Part shown: positions 27,545-41,757 of the stretch, piece after piece
How the letters are laid out: the number at the start of each line of letters is the position of its first letter
Position numbering within the stretch: the first letter of the stretch is position 1
Source: Eledone cirrhosa
Lineage: Eukaryota
Direction of reading: 5' to 3'
Assembly: GCA_964016885.1 (NCBI GenBank)
Contig: OZ024742.1
Location: 373,674,001-373,738,000, forward strand
DNA length: 64,000 bases
Made by a program: the position numbers and the translations under genes
Notes under the pieces: model-generated
What the model saw: only the letters and a program-made list of their open reading frames with translations
What the model was told of the DNA's origin: nothing
The model's database searches: none

Positions 27545-28880
27545 AATCAGGATGTTAGAGACAGGTGTGTCCGGAATGATGCCCGTGTACTTAGTGTCAC
27601 GAATGATCAGAAAAAGGAGGCCTGGAAATGTCATTATGAGAGACTGATGAATGTGGAGAACGAATTTGTCATCTGGTGGTCCCTAAGGAAACTAGGTGTT
27701 GAGAAATGGCTTGTGAGGACAGTGCAAGCTTTGTACAAAGGTACTGTCAGTAAAGTCAGGGTAGGAATGGAGTTTAGTGAGGAATTCCAGATACAAGTAA
27801 GAGTACATCAAGGTTCGGTCCTCAGCCTGTTCTTGTTCATTATAGTCCTCCAAGCCATAACAGAGGAGTTTAAAACTGGCTGTCCATGGGAACTTCTCTA
27901 TGCTGACGATCTGGTACTTATAGCAGAATCCGTAGAGGAGCTAGAGAATAAATTCTGGCTATGGAAACAGCAGTTGGAAGCAAGAGGACTGAGAGTGAAC
28001 CTAGCTAAGACAAAAGTGTTGATGAGTAGAAAAGAGGACAAAACTCTGATTCCGTCATGGAAATGACCATGTTCGATAGGCAGAAGGGAACTGGCATAAA
28101 TTCTATAAAATGTACGCAATACAGATCCTGGGGACACAAGAGATGTAGTGGGAAAGCAGGCAAACTAACAGGTAGGGAGAAATACGTATGCAGTAGATGT
28201 ACAGGGAAATTAGACAGTAGAAGTCGCATTGATAGACACATTTTTCAAATGCAGGTGGGTGCTATAGAAGTGGTTGATAGCTTACGGTACCTAGGTGATC
28301 AGATTAGCATGGGAGTTCCGAGGCCATAGTATCTAGAATAAGGACGGGTTGGAAGAAGTTTAGGGAGCTGCTTCCTCTGCTGACGAAGAAGTGTTTCTCC
28401 CTGCGTACGAAGGGCCGGTTATATGATGCCTTTGTGAGGAGCGTGATGCTGCATGGTAGTGAGACATGGGCAGCAACTGCAGAGGATATGCAACGGCTGG
28501 AGAGAAATGAGGCAAGCATGCTCCATTGGATGTGCAGTGTAAATGTGCGTGAACGACCCAGCATGAATGTGTTGAGAGAAACTGTGTCTGAGAGGGATAG
28601 AATGTAGTGTACGGGAGAGGAGACTGAGGTGGCATGGACATGTGATGCGCATGGAGGATGACTGATGGGTGAAGGAGTGCCAAGAAATACCAGTGGAAGG
28701 AAGACGCAGTAGACGAAGACCACAAAAAACATGGGCAGAGGTGGTGAGAGCAGACCTCAGATCGCTGAAGCTCACGGTGGAGATGACGAAGGACCGTGAC
28801 AAGTGGAGAGATGCTGTGCTGAATAAGACCTGTCCCACCCTTGCAAGCAGGGAAAAGCGGACGTAAAATGATGATGATGA
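27545..28880 (+). mobile_element. RTE family A LINE, 5'-truncated and internally deleted
   Basis: Highly similar to the reverse complement of 36513-38370; HQGSVLS, YADD; ~0.5 kb missing at ~27665; (GAT)n tail. Confidence 0.92.
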
Positions 28881-29339
28881 AAATGGACTTATATTACTAT
28901 GTTCACAATAATCTTTACACTTGTAAACAAGGACACTACAACCACTTCAATTAACAAGCTGGTTTTTAAGATATTTTTCTGATAAATCATTACAGGATGA
29001 CAAAAGATAAACCAGAAGCCTTTCTCTTTTTGTCTGGTGCACTGATACAGATCTTCAAACCAGACTTGAAATAGATGTAAAATCTGCCACATCTGCATGT
29101 CAGAGATTTAACCCCCACACTCACCCACCCCCATACACACACCCCTATATCCATACCCCCTACACCCACACACCTACATCCCCACCCCCACGTCCACCCT
29201 AATTCATAATTCTCTGTAATGTAATTAGTTTATTTGTTCTTTCATTAGCAATAATTTCTCTCATTATATCTTCTGTGTGTTAAAAAGAGATGAGAGAGTA
29301 TACAGCCTTGATAAACCCCTTTGTCATTCTAATAGACAT

Positions 29340-29692
29340 TCATCATCATCACCATCATTTAACCTTTATTTTCCATGCTTGCATTGGTTTGTCATGATGT
29401 CATGTATTGACCACCTCTTGCTCATACAGATCTGTTTTTAGCTGAATGCCCTTACTAATACCAACCACATTACAGCATGTACTGGGGGCTGTTCTCGGGG
29501 CCCCACCACCACTACAAATTTACCGGGTGAACTGGGGGCTTTTTTGTCATGGCACCAGCATGACCATTTTACAGAGTAGACTAGGTGCTTTTTTGTCATG
29601 GCACTAGCACGAACACTTTACAGGGTGGATGGGGTACTTTTCTATCATGACACCAGCACAAGCACTTTACAGAGTGGACTGGGTGCTTTTTG
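29340..29692 (-). mobile_element. Non-autonomous RTE-tail element with tandem copies of the UTR module
   Basis: (CAT)n tail, TTCCATGCTTGCA, GCTGAATGCCCTT, then about four copies of a ~43-bp TTTACAG..GGGTGCTTTTT..CACCAGCA unit. Confidence 0.65.
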
Positions 29693-29707
29693 CATCCTTG
29701 AGAGATC

Positions 29708-30010
29708 CCTGGCAGTATTGGTAGAGGGTCGGACGCCATGCTTTGACGCATAGAGTTACAGCCCTTGCCATTCTGAGTTCAAATCCCGCCGAGGTTAACT
29801 TTGCCTTTCATCCTTACGGGGTCGATAAAATAAAGTACCAGTAATACACTGGGTAATTGCTGGCCTTGTGCCTAACGTAGAAACAATTATTCTAATTAAG
29901 AATCATCATCATCATTAACTTTGCCTTTCATCCTTACGGGGTCGATAAAATAAAGTACCAGTAATGCACTGGATAATTGCTGGCTTTGTGCCTAACATAG
30001 AAACAATTAT
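29708..30010 (+). mobile_element. SINE family 2 plus a tandem duplicate of its 3' half (29915-30010)
   Basis: B box GAGTTCAAATCC; TTAACTTTGCCTTTCATCC...AGAAACAATTAT occurs twice. Confidence 0.85.
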
Positions 30011-30168
30011 CATCATTTAATGTGTTTTCCATGTTTCCATGGGTTTGATAGGTCGTTTTGTACTGAGGCTAGATAGGTCATGTGACCATATTTAGCTCAT
30101 ATGTTCCATGGGTTCCATAGATTGTCAGGCTGTGTATTTCATAAGAAATGTGGTAATAAAAGGGTTAA

Positions 30169-30432
30169 CCCTTTCATGACTGCATTTCTAATAAAATATA
30201 CACTATTTTAATTAATTAATTAATTAAGAATTTTGAGGGATTTACTAAAATTATTAATTATTATCATTAAGATAGTAACTTAATGTAGGGTTCTTATATA
30301 AAATTACGTAACTTAATGTAAGGTTCTTATATAAAATTATGTTGGAAGATTTTAATTTAAATTGGAAATCTTTAAAATGGGTTTTATTTCATAGAACCAA
30401 AGCCAGCTTTGGCTGCGTTGGTAACTAAAGGG
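30169..30432. mobile_element. piggyBac-type MITE
   Basis: TTAA|CCCTTT ... AAAGGG|TTAA; another AAAGGG|TTAA end abuts it at 30159-30168. Confidence 0.65.
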
Positions 30433-31299
30433 TTAAGGAAGATTTGATTACTATTTCTAGCTGGTAGAATGACCACATATACATCTAGACTGTTTAGCTC
30501 ATAATCATTACTGTTCACATATTGTGATATAAAGTTAGAAACTTGACTTTGTACTTGTATGATATCCTTGTCATGTTTGTATTTAGCTCTAGTTTATTTC
30601 AAGTTCATAGTATTAACTTTCAACTTCTACTACAGCCTCTCCTTATCTTAATCACTATATCCTTGAGTCTCTTTATACAAATTATAGTGAAACAAACTTT
30701 TAATCTACTGTTTACTGGATAAACACAACAGCTACTAAGATCTTATATATAACCTTTGTAAGTATATACATTGTAAGGTGCAAAAAATAACATCCACCTT
30801 TCAGATAATAATAAGGTTTCTTTGTGCAGCTAAATAATTAGGTCAGCAAGTGTCAGCTGATGTCACTGCAAATTACAATAGCTTTTGTTTGGGGTGGGAG
30901 TGTTGTGCTTTGTATTTTATTTTATTCGGGTGGGGGGATGTGTGGGGGTGTTGTTTTTTGGGGAGAGGTGTTATTGTTTTTATTTGGGGGGGGGGGATTA
31001 TTGTATTTATTTGTTTTGTTTTTGTGGAGGGGTTGTGTGTGTAGGGGGTGTTACTGTTTTTTTGTGGTGGTGGGGGTGTTATTGTTTTTTTTGTTTTGAA
31101 GGGGTTGTTTATTGTTTTTATTTGTTTTTTGGGGGGAGGGGGGGGGGTATCCCCACGACCCTCTCAGGAATAAGTGGGCGAAGAAAAAGGGGGTGGGCTG
31201 TGTGTGTTTTTATATCATTACTGGACATAAGATCACTAGTTTATATTAGGTCCGAAAATAATGTTAATCAAGATCATATTGTTGATGTTCAGTTATAAA

Positions 31300-31970
31300 C
31301 ACACCACCACCTCCACCACCACACTACAGCACCCCACCTCCACCACACTACAGCACTCCACCTCCACCACACTACAGCACTCCACCTCCACCACCACCAC
31401 ACTACAGCACACCACCACCACCTCCACCACACTACAGCACCCCACCTCCACCACCACATTACAGCACCCCACCTCCACCACCACACTACAGCACACCACC
31501 TCCACCACACTACAGCACTCCACCTCCACCACCACCACACTACAGCACACCACCACCACTACCACCACACCACCACACCACTACCACCACCACCACCACT
31601 ACCACCACCACCACTACCACCACCACCACACCACACCACCACACCACTACCACCACCATCACACCACCACCAACACCACCACCACTACCACCACACCACC
31701 AACACACCACCACCACACCACTACCACCACCACACCACACCACACCACACACCACCACCACACCACCACCACACACCACACCACCACACCACTACCACCA
31801 CCACACCACCACCACACCACCACCACACCACCACCACCCACCACCACACCACCACCACACCACCACCACTACACCACCACCCACCACACCACTACACCAC
31901 CACACCACTATCACCACCACCACTACCACCACTACACCACCACCACTACCATTACACCTCCACCACACTG
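31300..31970. repeat. CAC/ACC-rich micro- and minisatellite
   Basis: CACCACACTACAGCAC units grading into (CAC)n. Confidence 0.95.
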
Positions 31971-32327
31971 CTCCATTATGGTTCTTCTTAGTCAGGGTAG
32001 AAAGTATAAAATTAATAGAATAACCAAGTTAAATTCCTTTCATGAAATATTCCCATAATCCTGCTTCATGAGCGACATTGATGTGATTTAATATTTTTAA
32101 AGAAGTCAGTTTTTCACTAATTAATTTTAATCAATATGTTGGTGGGGTGGGAGATTGTGTTGTTTTATTGCTGTATTTTTGCCATTTCATTAAAATACAA
32201 TATCAGATTTTTCAGTGAGGAAAATTGTCCATATCAAGATAATTAATAATTATAATTTCTAGCTGTTCTGTTTTGATTCCATTGTTTATTATTGATCAGT
32301 GTTCCATTTTAGAAACATTCAGTTACA

Positions 32328-32515
32328 ATAATTGTTTCTACTTTTGGCACAAGGCCAGCAATTACCCAGTGCATTACTGGTACTTTATTTTATCGATCCC
32401 GTAAGGATGAAAGGCAAAGTTAACCTCGGCGGGATTTGAACTCAGAATGGCAAGGGCCATAACTACGTCAAAGCATAGTGTCCAACCCTCTACCGATACT
32501 GCCAATCCACCACCC
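32328..32515 (-). mobile_element. SINE family 2
   Basis: Reverse complement of 27345-27540. Confidence 0.85.
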
Positions 32516-32622
32516 TTACAATAATGTGTATAGTTTAGTATAGGTACACCGTTCCCTTGCGTAAACAGAAACTATACGGGTTGATGTCAGGAAGGGCATC
32601 CAATGGTAAAACATTACCTTAA

Positions 32623-32837
32623 CCCATTTAAACTGGCCATATCCGGCCAGAATACTCTCACCTCTTTCTGTTTAAATCAGCCATAACTGGCCGCTCATAC
32701 CGATGTTAAGGTATTGTTCTCGAAATAAGCAATATCAAAATCTCGTGGATTCGATAATATGTGAGATAATTATGTAAGAAAAAGCCTTTACCACAAAAAT
32801 TCAATAGTATATAGAGAATAATGTAAATGGTAAAGGG
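32623..32837 (+). mobile_element. piggyBac-type MITE inserted in an RTE-tail element
   Basis: TTAA|CCC ... TAAATGGTAAAGGG|TTAA; left part homologous to the reverse complement of 50165-50273; host pieces GGAAGGGCATCC (32590) and TCTAACCCATGC (32851) flank it. Confidence 0.7.
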
Positions 32838-33179
32838 TTAAGAAGTCCCATCTAACCCATGCCAGAAGTGGACAATAAACAAGGGTGATGATAATACCAT
32901 CTTTAATAACTAGCAGCTCTATATTGCTAAGGAAAAAATACATTGCCTGTAATTTTCAAATAATCAAATATTTGGATTAAGTAGTATAACTTTCCCATTA
33001 TCAAGCTGATGTTTGGAGCATAACTTAACAAAGGTTCTTATATGAAATTATGAACAGTTTTTGTATTGTAGAGATAGGACAATTTCAGGTGGTTTGGTAT
33101 CAAAAGGGATAATTTATTTTTTTTCATAACCATACAAAAATTAGCATTAGTTCCATATTTCAGTGTGCTTATGTATGGA

Positions 33180-33211
<32 letters not shown>

Positions 33212-33224
33212 ACACCCCAACCCA

Positions 33225-33573
33225 GTATCCCTACTCCATCCTCCCACCCCCACCAACACCACCCTTTCTCTGTAAAGTTATGTTGGTACCACAACATCCA
33301 GTCCAAACTAATGAGGTCATGTAGGTGTCACGACAAACACAATCCACGCTGTAATGTGGCCGTGTAGGTACACGGTAAAAACCTCCCTGTCCACACTGTA
33401 AACGTGGTTGGTGTTAGGAAGGGTATCCAGCCGTAGAAAACCTGCCAGATAGGCCTATACAAGCAAGACACAGTCACCCGACCAATCTTGCCTCAAGTGG
33501 GACAACTCCCGTCTAACCCATGTTAGCATGGAAGATAAACGTTAAATGATGATAATGATGATGATGATGATGA
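33225..33573 (+). mobile_element. RTE family B 3' UTR copy
   Basis: Homologous to 49520-49850 and to the reverse complement of 42345-42690; (GAT)n tail. Confidence 0.85.
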
Positions 33574-34158
33574 TAAATGTATGAATATGCTGATTGCTAC
33601 CTCTTGTCAGAAGAGTGTCATCCTTTTATTGAACATTGCACGATCATGTACACACAGGTGACTTTTCAGAACTGCTTTTGTTTTGCAGGTATATTCAGAA
33701 ATGAGACTTGAACTGTCTGACTCCTGGTAAAACTAGAGGGTGTGTCTGCATACATTTTACCATGTCTGGTCAGTCCACCAGCTTACTTGCAAATTAAGCC
33801 ACACTCCCTGTAAATGTACTGGGGAGTGTGTGGCAGTAGAACCATCTCACGGGTGGATTGATTTCTCCTTGGCTCGTGTGATTTCAGATGGTTAATTAAT
33901 CCAGCTTGTGTTAGAAGAAATTAACCACCTCAATTCCTAATGCATTTTTGCAGGCACTGCACTTACGTCCCACTTATGAAGTGAATGCTTCAAAACATAT
34001 ATATATATATATACGTTTAAATTTGGTGGTTTATCACTGGGTAGAATTGGTCATTCTGCAATGTTAACCATGACGTAATATGAGAAAAGCACTCGACGTT
34101 ATGCAACTTATCCATCTTTGATGTTGAATCATGCTGGTGGTGCGGGAACAGAGTTAAA

Positions 34159-36388
34159 TCTTTATATATATAAAAGCGAGGATGAGTGTGTGTGTGTCTG
34201 TGTACAACTTTACATGCATAAGGCTTTCACAATTACCAACTGAATTTGACCAAATTTTCTGTGCATGTTGCACAGGTCGCTAATATTGTCACATCGCAAA
34301 CATTTTTCAAATCGACCCACGTTGAGCAATAAAAAAATCGATATCAAAATTATCGGTAGAAAAATTGATGTAAGGGAGATAACAAACTTTATTGACAATC
34401 CTTATAAAAAAGGGAGATAACCTTTTCACCAAACATGCCCCGTAAAAGAAAGTATGCACATATTGGCTATCGGTCGAAGAAAACAATGCGTGTAAATGAC
34501 GCTCCGCCGATAACCGAAAATAGACAATCACTAAATGCGGTGAGTACAGTTATTGCAACATCTTTGTCCGCCGCTGAGCGTCGGTTAGTGCGGCGAACAA
34601 ATAATGCTGAAGCAACTGCTGCAGCACGAGCTGCAGAGATTACAGAGCAACGTGAAACATGCTATGGATGCTACAGATACTGCTGCAGCAAGATCTGCAG
34701 AGACAGTACAAAAATATGAAAAGCAGCAACTTTGCTCCCTGGTGGAAGGACGGCACATTCAGTTTTTAAATTACCCCTTGATTTGCAAAATTGGAAACTC
34801 CTACTTGTCATATCACCAAAGACTCCGAAAGGGTTCATCTGCTGCGAAGGTGTCACCTTATTGTTTGGGATGAATGCACAATGGCGCACAAAGATGCTCT
34901 TGAGGCACTAGACAGGTCTTTGCAAGACATACGGGATTGCAGTGATGTTATGGGGGGTGTCACCCTTCTGCTATCAGGAGACTTCAGACAGACTCTTCCT
35001 ATAATACCGAAAGGAACAAGAGCAGATGCGATAAATGCATGTCTTAAGTCTTCACCATTGTGGCGACAAGTGACATCATTAAGACTAACTGCCAACATGC
35101 GTGCAAGGTTGCATGGGGACCCTCTGTCATCACCATTTTCTGGAGACATTCTTACAATAGGAGATGGTAACTTACCTCCGGATACAGATGGACACATAGC
35201 AATTGATCACATCTGCAATGTAGTTGAAACTGTCGATGATCTCAAGGCGAGTGTATTCCCGAACTTGCGTGATAACTATACGAATCTTGATTGGCTATGT
35301 GAAAGAGCCATTCTTGCACCCCAAAATATCATGGTTAGCTGTATTAACGATCAGCTTCTTCAGCTTCTTCCTGGATGTCCACGGATATATAAATCTATTG
35401 ATACTGTATGTGATCCACAGATGTGGTCAATTATCCAGTTGAATTTCTAAATTCTTTAAATCCTCCTGGTATACCTCCTAATACATTGGTTCTGAAAGAG
35501 GGAACGCCAGTTATTTTGCTGAGAAATATTACTCCTCCAAAACTATGCAATGGTACACGCCTTGTGGTTAAAAAACTGTCTCCACTTAGTATTGACGCTA
35601 CCATTCTATCCGGATGTGGAAAAGGCGAGGATGTGATAATAACAAAAATTAGCCTGACTACATCAGGCGTGGATACTCCCTTCTCCTTTTGCCGAACCCA
35701 ATTTCCCCTTCATGTTGCTTTTGCGATGTCCATAAACAAGTCGCAAGGTCAAACCCTGTCCGTCGCTGGAATTCACTTGGATGAACCTTGCTTTTCGCAC
35801 GGACAATTCTACGTTGCCTGCTCACGAGTTGGCAGTCGAGATAATCTCTTTGCATTTGTTTCGAAAAAAAACCCAAACAATATCGTCTATCCTGAAGTGC
35901 TTTAGTGTTAACAAAAAAACTTATTACAGCTCTGCCTTGACTTCACCTTACTCATTACAAAACATACCAATGAATATGTCATGCAGGATATTTTGGATTA
36001 TAAGTTAAAAATTTAACCATACACAGCAAAGGATGCTCTCAAAGAATAGATTTTCTCTTATTCTACTCTCATTGTTTTTTTGTTTGTATTCAACTCTGCT
36101 TTCATTACAACTTTTTGTACTTTAGCAAAACTGCCTGTTTTTTTTTACAGATTTGCAACGTGTATTGTCTTTAATCATTTGTATAACTACATCCTGTTCA
36201 GTGTTTTCCTTCATTATCAACATAGTTTTATGTGTACAAAGATTGCACTAAATATTCGTTTGCATTAATTATTGACGACTTCTGCTTATTTTGACAGGTT
36301 GGGGACAAATAATGTTCTTCTTTTACTTCCTAGCTGTATATTCTTAGCATAATTTCCAACCCCGAGCAACGCCGGGTAAATCTGCTAG
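34159..36388 (+). mobile_element. Internally deleted Helitron with both termini intact
   Basis: A|TC 5' end (TCTTTATATATATAAAA), subterminal hairpin ACCCG-AGCAACGC-CGGGT at 36360-36377, CTAG|T 3' end, helicase remnant inside. Confidence 0.92.
34730..35905 (+). pseudogene. Helitron PIF1-like SF1 helicase, C-terminal part, frameshifted
   Basis: [55 protein letters not shown] and [13 protein letters not shown] spread over three frames. Confidence 0.92.
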
Positions 36389-36409
36389 TATATTATAAAG
36401 GAAAATGAC

Positions 36410-36483
36410 AGGAGGCCAAATATGTTGAAACTTCCTTAATTAAGAAATAAATAATTAAGGAAATTCAACATATTTCGCCTCCT
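36410..36483. repeat. Imperfect inverted repeat (~32-bp arms)
   Basis: AGGAGGCCAAATATGTTGAAACTTCCTTAATTA ... TAATTAAGGAAATTCAACATATTTCGCCTCCT. Confidence 0.85.
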
Positions 36484-36512
36484 CACATTTTATTCTATAA
36501 TATATATATATA

Positions 36513-39500
36513 TCATCATCATCATCATCATCATTTTACGTCCGCTCTTCCCTGCTCGCGAGGGTGGGACGGGTCTTATTCAGCACAGCATCTCTCCACT
36601 CGTCATGGTACTTCGTCATCTCCACCATGAGCTTCAACGATCTGAGGTCTGTTATCACCACCTCCGCCCATGTTTTTCGTGGTCTACCTCTACCACGTCT
36701 TCCTTCAACTGGCATTTCCTGGCACTTCTTCACCCATCGGTCATCCTCCATGCGCATCACATGTCCATACCACCTCAGTCTCCTCTCCCGTACACTACAT
36801 TCTATCCCTCTCAGACATAGTTTCTCTCTCAACACATTCATGCTGGGTCGTTCATGCACATTTACACTGCACATCCAATGGGGCATGTTTGCCTCATTTC
36901 TCTCCAGCCGTCGCATATCCTCTGCAGTTGCTGCCCATGTCTCACTACCATGCAGCATCGTGCTCTTCACACAGGCATCATACAACCGGCCTTTCGTACG
37001 CAGGGAGAAACCCTCCTTTGTCAGCAGAGGAAGCAGCTCCCTAAACTTCTTCCAACCCGTCCTTATTCTAGATACTATGGCCTCGGAACACCCTCCTCCC
37101 ATACTAATCTGATCTCCTAGGTACCGGAAGCTATCCACCACTTCTATAGCACCCTCCTGCATTTGAAAAATGTGTCTATCAGTGCGACTTCTACTGTCTA
37201 ATTTCCCTGTACATCTCTACTGCATACGTATTTCTCCCTACCTGTTAGTTTGCCTGCTATCCCACTACATCTCTTGTGTCCCCAGGATCTGCATTGTGTG
37301 CATTTTATAGAATTTATGCCAGTTCCTTTTCTGCATATCGAACATGGCCATTTCCCTGACGGAATCAGAGTTTTGTCCTCTTTTCTACTCATCAACACCT
37401 TTGTCTTAGCTAGATTCACTCTCAGTCCTCTTGCTTCCAACTGCTGTTTCCATAGCCAGAATTTATTCTAGCTCCTCTACTGATTCTGCTATAAGAACCA
37501 GATCGTCAGCATAGAGAAGTTCCCATGGACAGCCAGTTTTAAACTCCTCTGTTATGGCTTGGAGGACTATAATGAACAAGAGCGGGCTGAGGACCGAACC
37601 TTGATGTACTCCTACTTGTATCTGGAATTCCTCACTAAACTCCATTCCTACCCTGACTGTACAAAGTTGCACTGTCCTCACAAGCCATTCCTCAACACCT
37701 AGTTTCCTTAGGGACCACCAGATGACAGATCGGGGTACCCTATCAAAGGCCTTCTCTAGGTCAACAAAGGCTAAGTATAGTGGCTTATTCTTCTATAAGA
37801 ACCTCTCTTGCAATTGTCTCACCAAGAAGAGGGCATCTGTTGTACTCTTCCCAGACACAAAACCAAACTGCATCTCATCTAGTTTGACCCTTTCTCTAAT
37901 TAGTTGTGCTAATATCCTTTCTGCCACTTTCATAACCTGATCCATCAGTTTTATACCCCTATAATTGCTCCTCTCAAGAGCATCCCCTTTACCTTTGTAG
38001 CAATTTATGAGAATACTGCTGCACCAGTCTTTGGGTATGACACCACCATATATAGCCTGATTGATGATGCGTGCAACCAGTTTAGTGCCTACGTTCCATG
38101 ATCTTTCAGCATCTCAGCAACTATTCCCGATGGTCCAGCAGCATTACCATTTTTCATTTCTTTAATCGCCTCTTGGACCCTATATTTGTCAATCTCAATA
38201 GCTGGTCCTTCTGTCGGATCTACTAAGGGTAATTTCTCTCTCTCCCATTCCTTCTCCACATTCATCAGTCTCTCATAATGACATTTCCAGGCCTCCTTTT
38301 TCTGATCATTCGTGACACTAAGTACACCGGCATCATCCCGGACACATTTATCTCCAACAACATCCTGATTTGCATTGACACACTGCCTTGCAATGTGGAA
38401 CACCGCACGCCTCTGATCTTCCCGTCGCAGAACATTGGCAAACCTCCTACTCTCAGCCTCCTTGCGTGCTAAGTACACCTGACGTCTAGCTTCTCTCTTA
38501 GCGGCTGTATATTCTTCCCTACTCCCACCCTTTTTCCAAACCTTCCATGCTAGTCTTTTGTCTCTAATTGCCTTATCTACTGTGCTGTTCCACCACCAGG
38601 TCACTCTCTGTCTGGTTGGAGCTCTGATCCAGCCACAAGTTTCATCAGTAGCCTGCAGCAAGTTGTCACGTAAGAAATTCCAGTTATTATCTATGTCATA
38701 CGTCTCTAAATTATCTTCTTTTTCATCATATACATCTTGAAGGGCTTTCCTAAATTTGTATTTTAGTGAAAGGTCTTTTAGCTTCCACACCTTCCTGTAT
38801 GTCTCATTCCATCTCTTGCTTACTGAGATATCACTAACAACTAACCTATGCTGTGGGGTACATTCTTCCCCAGGGTATGCCTTGGTATTAGACACTATCT
38901 GCCTGTCCCGCTGCCTAACTAGTAAGAAGCCAATCTGGCTTATGTGCTCGCCAGATTTGTAGGTTATTAGGTGATTGGCAGGTTTCTGGAAGTTTGTGTT
39001 GCAAATAGTCAGTATACTTGCATCACAAAATTCAAGATGTCTCACTCCTTCTTCATTTCTTGAGCCGTAACCGTGCCCAACATGACCCCAGTGTAACCAT
39101 CCTGGAGCTGTCCAACATGTCCATTAAAGTCCCCTGCTAGCATAACGATGTCTCCGTCCTCTGTCATTGCAGTTGTTTGTAAAAGTTGCTCGTAAAAGCA
39201 GTCTTTCTCATCTTTGCCTAGGCCTGCTTGGGGAGCTTAGGCAGAGATGATTGTCAGTAGTCTCCTACCTACAACTAATCTAAGCTTAATTATTCGATTA
39301 CTAACTCGAACTACCTCTATTGTCTTATTGATCCATCTCTCAGCCAGCAAAATGCCTACTCCCCCTAACCCATCATCCTTACCTACCCAGAAAAGCTTAT
39401 AGCTAAGATGTTTGCCTACGACTAGTCTCGCAGAGGCACCTCTCCATCTCACCTCTTGCACGCAGCACACATCCACATGCCTTCTCTCCAGCATCTCCGC

Positions 39501-39760
39501 TATTTCAGCAGATCTACCTCTGAGAGTGCCAACATTAAGTGTTGCAAATCTGAGATGCGACGTCTTCATATTTTGTTGTTGTTCCTATTTGTTGCTGTGC
39601 TGATAAGCGTTTTGGCATTGATACAGTGGTTGGATGCCCTTCCTAACACCAGTGCCACTTTACAGCATGGACTGGGTGCTTTTATTTGTGCCACCAGCAC
39701 TAGAGAGGATGTCTTACTAGACTCAAGGGCCCTCTCTACCTCTCCATTTTACAACATGGT
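36513..39760 (-). mobile_element. Near full-length RTE-clade LINE, family A (APE + RT), disrupted by frameshifts and stops
   Basis: APE start MKTSHLRFATLNVGTL..CVQEVRW (39569), GDFNGHVG, HRLV, GVHQGSVLSPLLF, YADD, C4HC3 finger, RRLRWYGHV; stop directly before the (GAT)n tail; 5' end approximate. Confidence 0.93.
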
Positions 39761-39909
39761 CATAAAAAAAAACAAAAAACAAAAAACAAAAAACACTTAT
39801 TGACACGATGCACACACACTCACACACCAACACTCATGCATACAAACTACAAACACACACGCCACTCACACACCAACACTCATTCATGCATACAAACACA
39901 CACACCATT

Positions 39910-39968
<59 letters not shown>

Positions 39969-40072
39969 CCGGCAGTACTGATACAAAATCAATATCATGT
40001 CAACTGTTGACTTTTCCCAGTCCAGTTCAGTTTTTATATAATAATAATAATAATTGTTTGCTTTACGCTGGT

Positions 40073-40278
40073 AATGGTGGTGGTGGTGGTGGTGGTGGTG
40101 GTGGTGAATGGTGGTGGTGATGGTGGTGGATGGAGCCAGTGATGGTGGTGGTGGTGGATGGTGTCACTCATGGTGATGGTGGTGGATGGTGTCAGTGATG
40201 ATGGTGGTGGTGGATGGTGTCAGTCATGGTGATGGTGGTGGATGGTGTCAGTGATGGTGATGGTGGTGGATGGTGCTA

Positions 40279-40283
<5 letters not shown>
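40073..40283. repeat. (GGT)n / GGTGGATGGTGTCAGTGAT minisatellite
   Basis: Direct inspection. Confidence 0.9.
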
Positions 40284-40327
<44 letters not shown>

Positions 40328-40328
<1 letters not shown>

Positions 40329-40793
40329 CATCATCATCATAGTTTAATGTCTATCTTCCATGTTAGCATGGGTTAGATGGGAATTGTCCCATTTGAGGCA
40401 AGATTGGTCTGGTGACCGTGTCTCGCTCATATAGGACTATCTGGCAGGTTTTCTACAGCTGGATGCCCTTCTTAACACCAACCACATACATTACAGCGTG
40501 GACTGTGTGATTTTTTTTTGTTGTGACACCTACACGACTTCATTTATTTTGGACTGGATGTTGTGGTACCAACATAACTTTACAGAGAAAGGGGTGGTGT
40601 TGGTGGGAGTGGGAGGATAGAGGGTGTATATTTGGTTAAGAGGTGCCTACTGACTGTAGGTTTCGCTTTGTACATAGACAAGGCGGGTCTTCTGTATTAC
40701 TGCATGGTGCCAAAGATCTCGGTCCAGTGACATTGTCTTAGAGAGGTGCAAGTGTGGGTCAGAATTTATCAAATCATCCCAGATTTTTCTGGG

Positions 40794-40795
<2 letters not shown>
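40328..40795 (-). mobile_element. RTE family B 3' end
   Basis: ORF C-terminus plus 3' UTR homologous to 42345-42830; flanked by (TA)n and (CT)n(TA)n. Confidence 0.87.
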
Positions 40796-40856
<61 letters not shown>

Positions 40857-41231
40857 TTAGTTATACTATTTATGGTTATGTAAATACAAAACCTTAAGCA
40901 GTTGTAAGTATTTTACACACACCCTAAATAGTGGTAGGCAGTATTGTATTACTACCTTATTACCAGTAAGTTAAGTAGCTCAATGTAAAAACATCAGATG
41001 ATTTACAGAGCAGTTATATGAAATATAAGAATCAAAGAACTGTTCAAAACATTATTGTGCTTACAGCTGTTTCCTCCAAACCGAGGTTTGGATTCTTCGG
41101 AGCAATTTATTAATGCATGGACAGTTATATGACCTCCTTTTCAGCCGAGAGACATACCAATACATATTCAAACATTGATACATATTCAAACATTGTGGGT
41201 CAACATTCATTACAGAATTTAGAGTGGCAGT

Positions 41232-41624
<393 letters not shown>

Positions 41625-41680
41625 GGTACCCGTCCCACCCTTGCAAGGGAAAAGCGGACGTAAAATGATGATGATGATGA

Positions 41681-41682
<2 letters not shown>
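41625..41682 (+). mobile_element. CORE-SINE / RTE family A 3' tail
   Basis: GTACCCGTCCCACCCTTGCAAGGGAAAAGCGGACGTAAAA(TGA)n. Confidence 0.85.
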
Positions 41683-41718
<36 letters not shown>

Positions 41719-41757
41719 AGTAAGTATGTTTTGTAACAGTGAGCAGGTTTGAAATTA

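Noticed and set aside
33689-33726. Possible host micro-exon (TTTTGTTTTGCAG ... GTAAAA)
   Set aside because: Weak donor, 38 nt, no recognisable peptide or partner exons; needs RNA data
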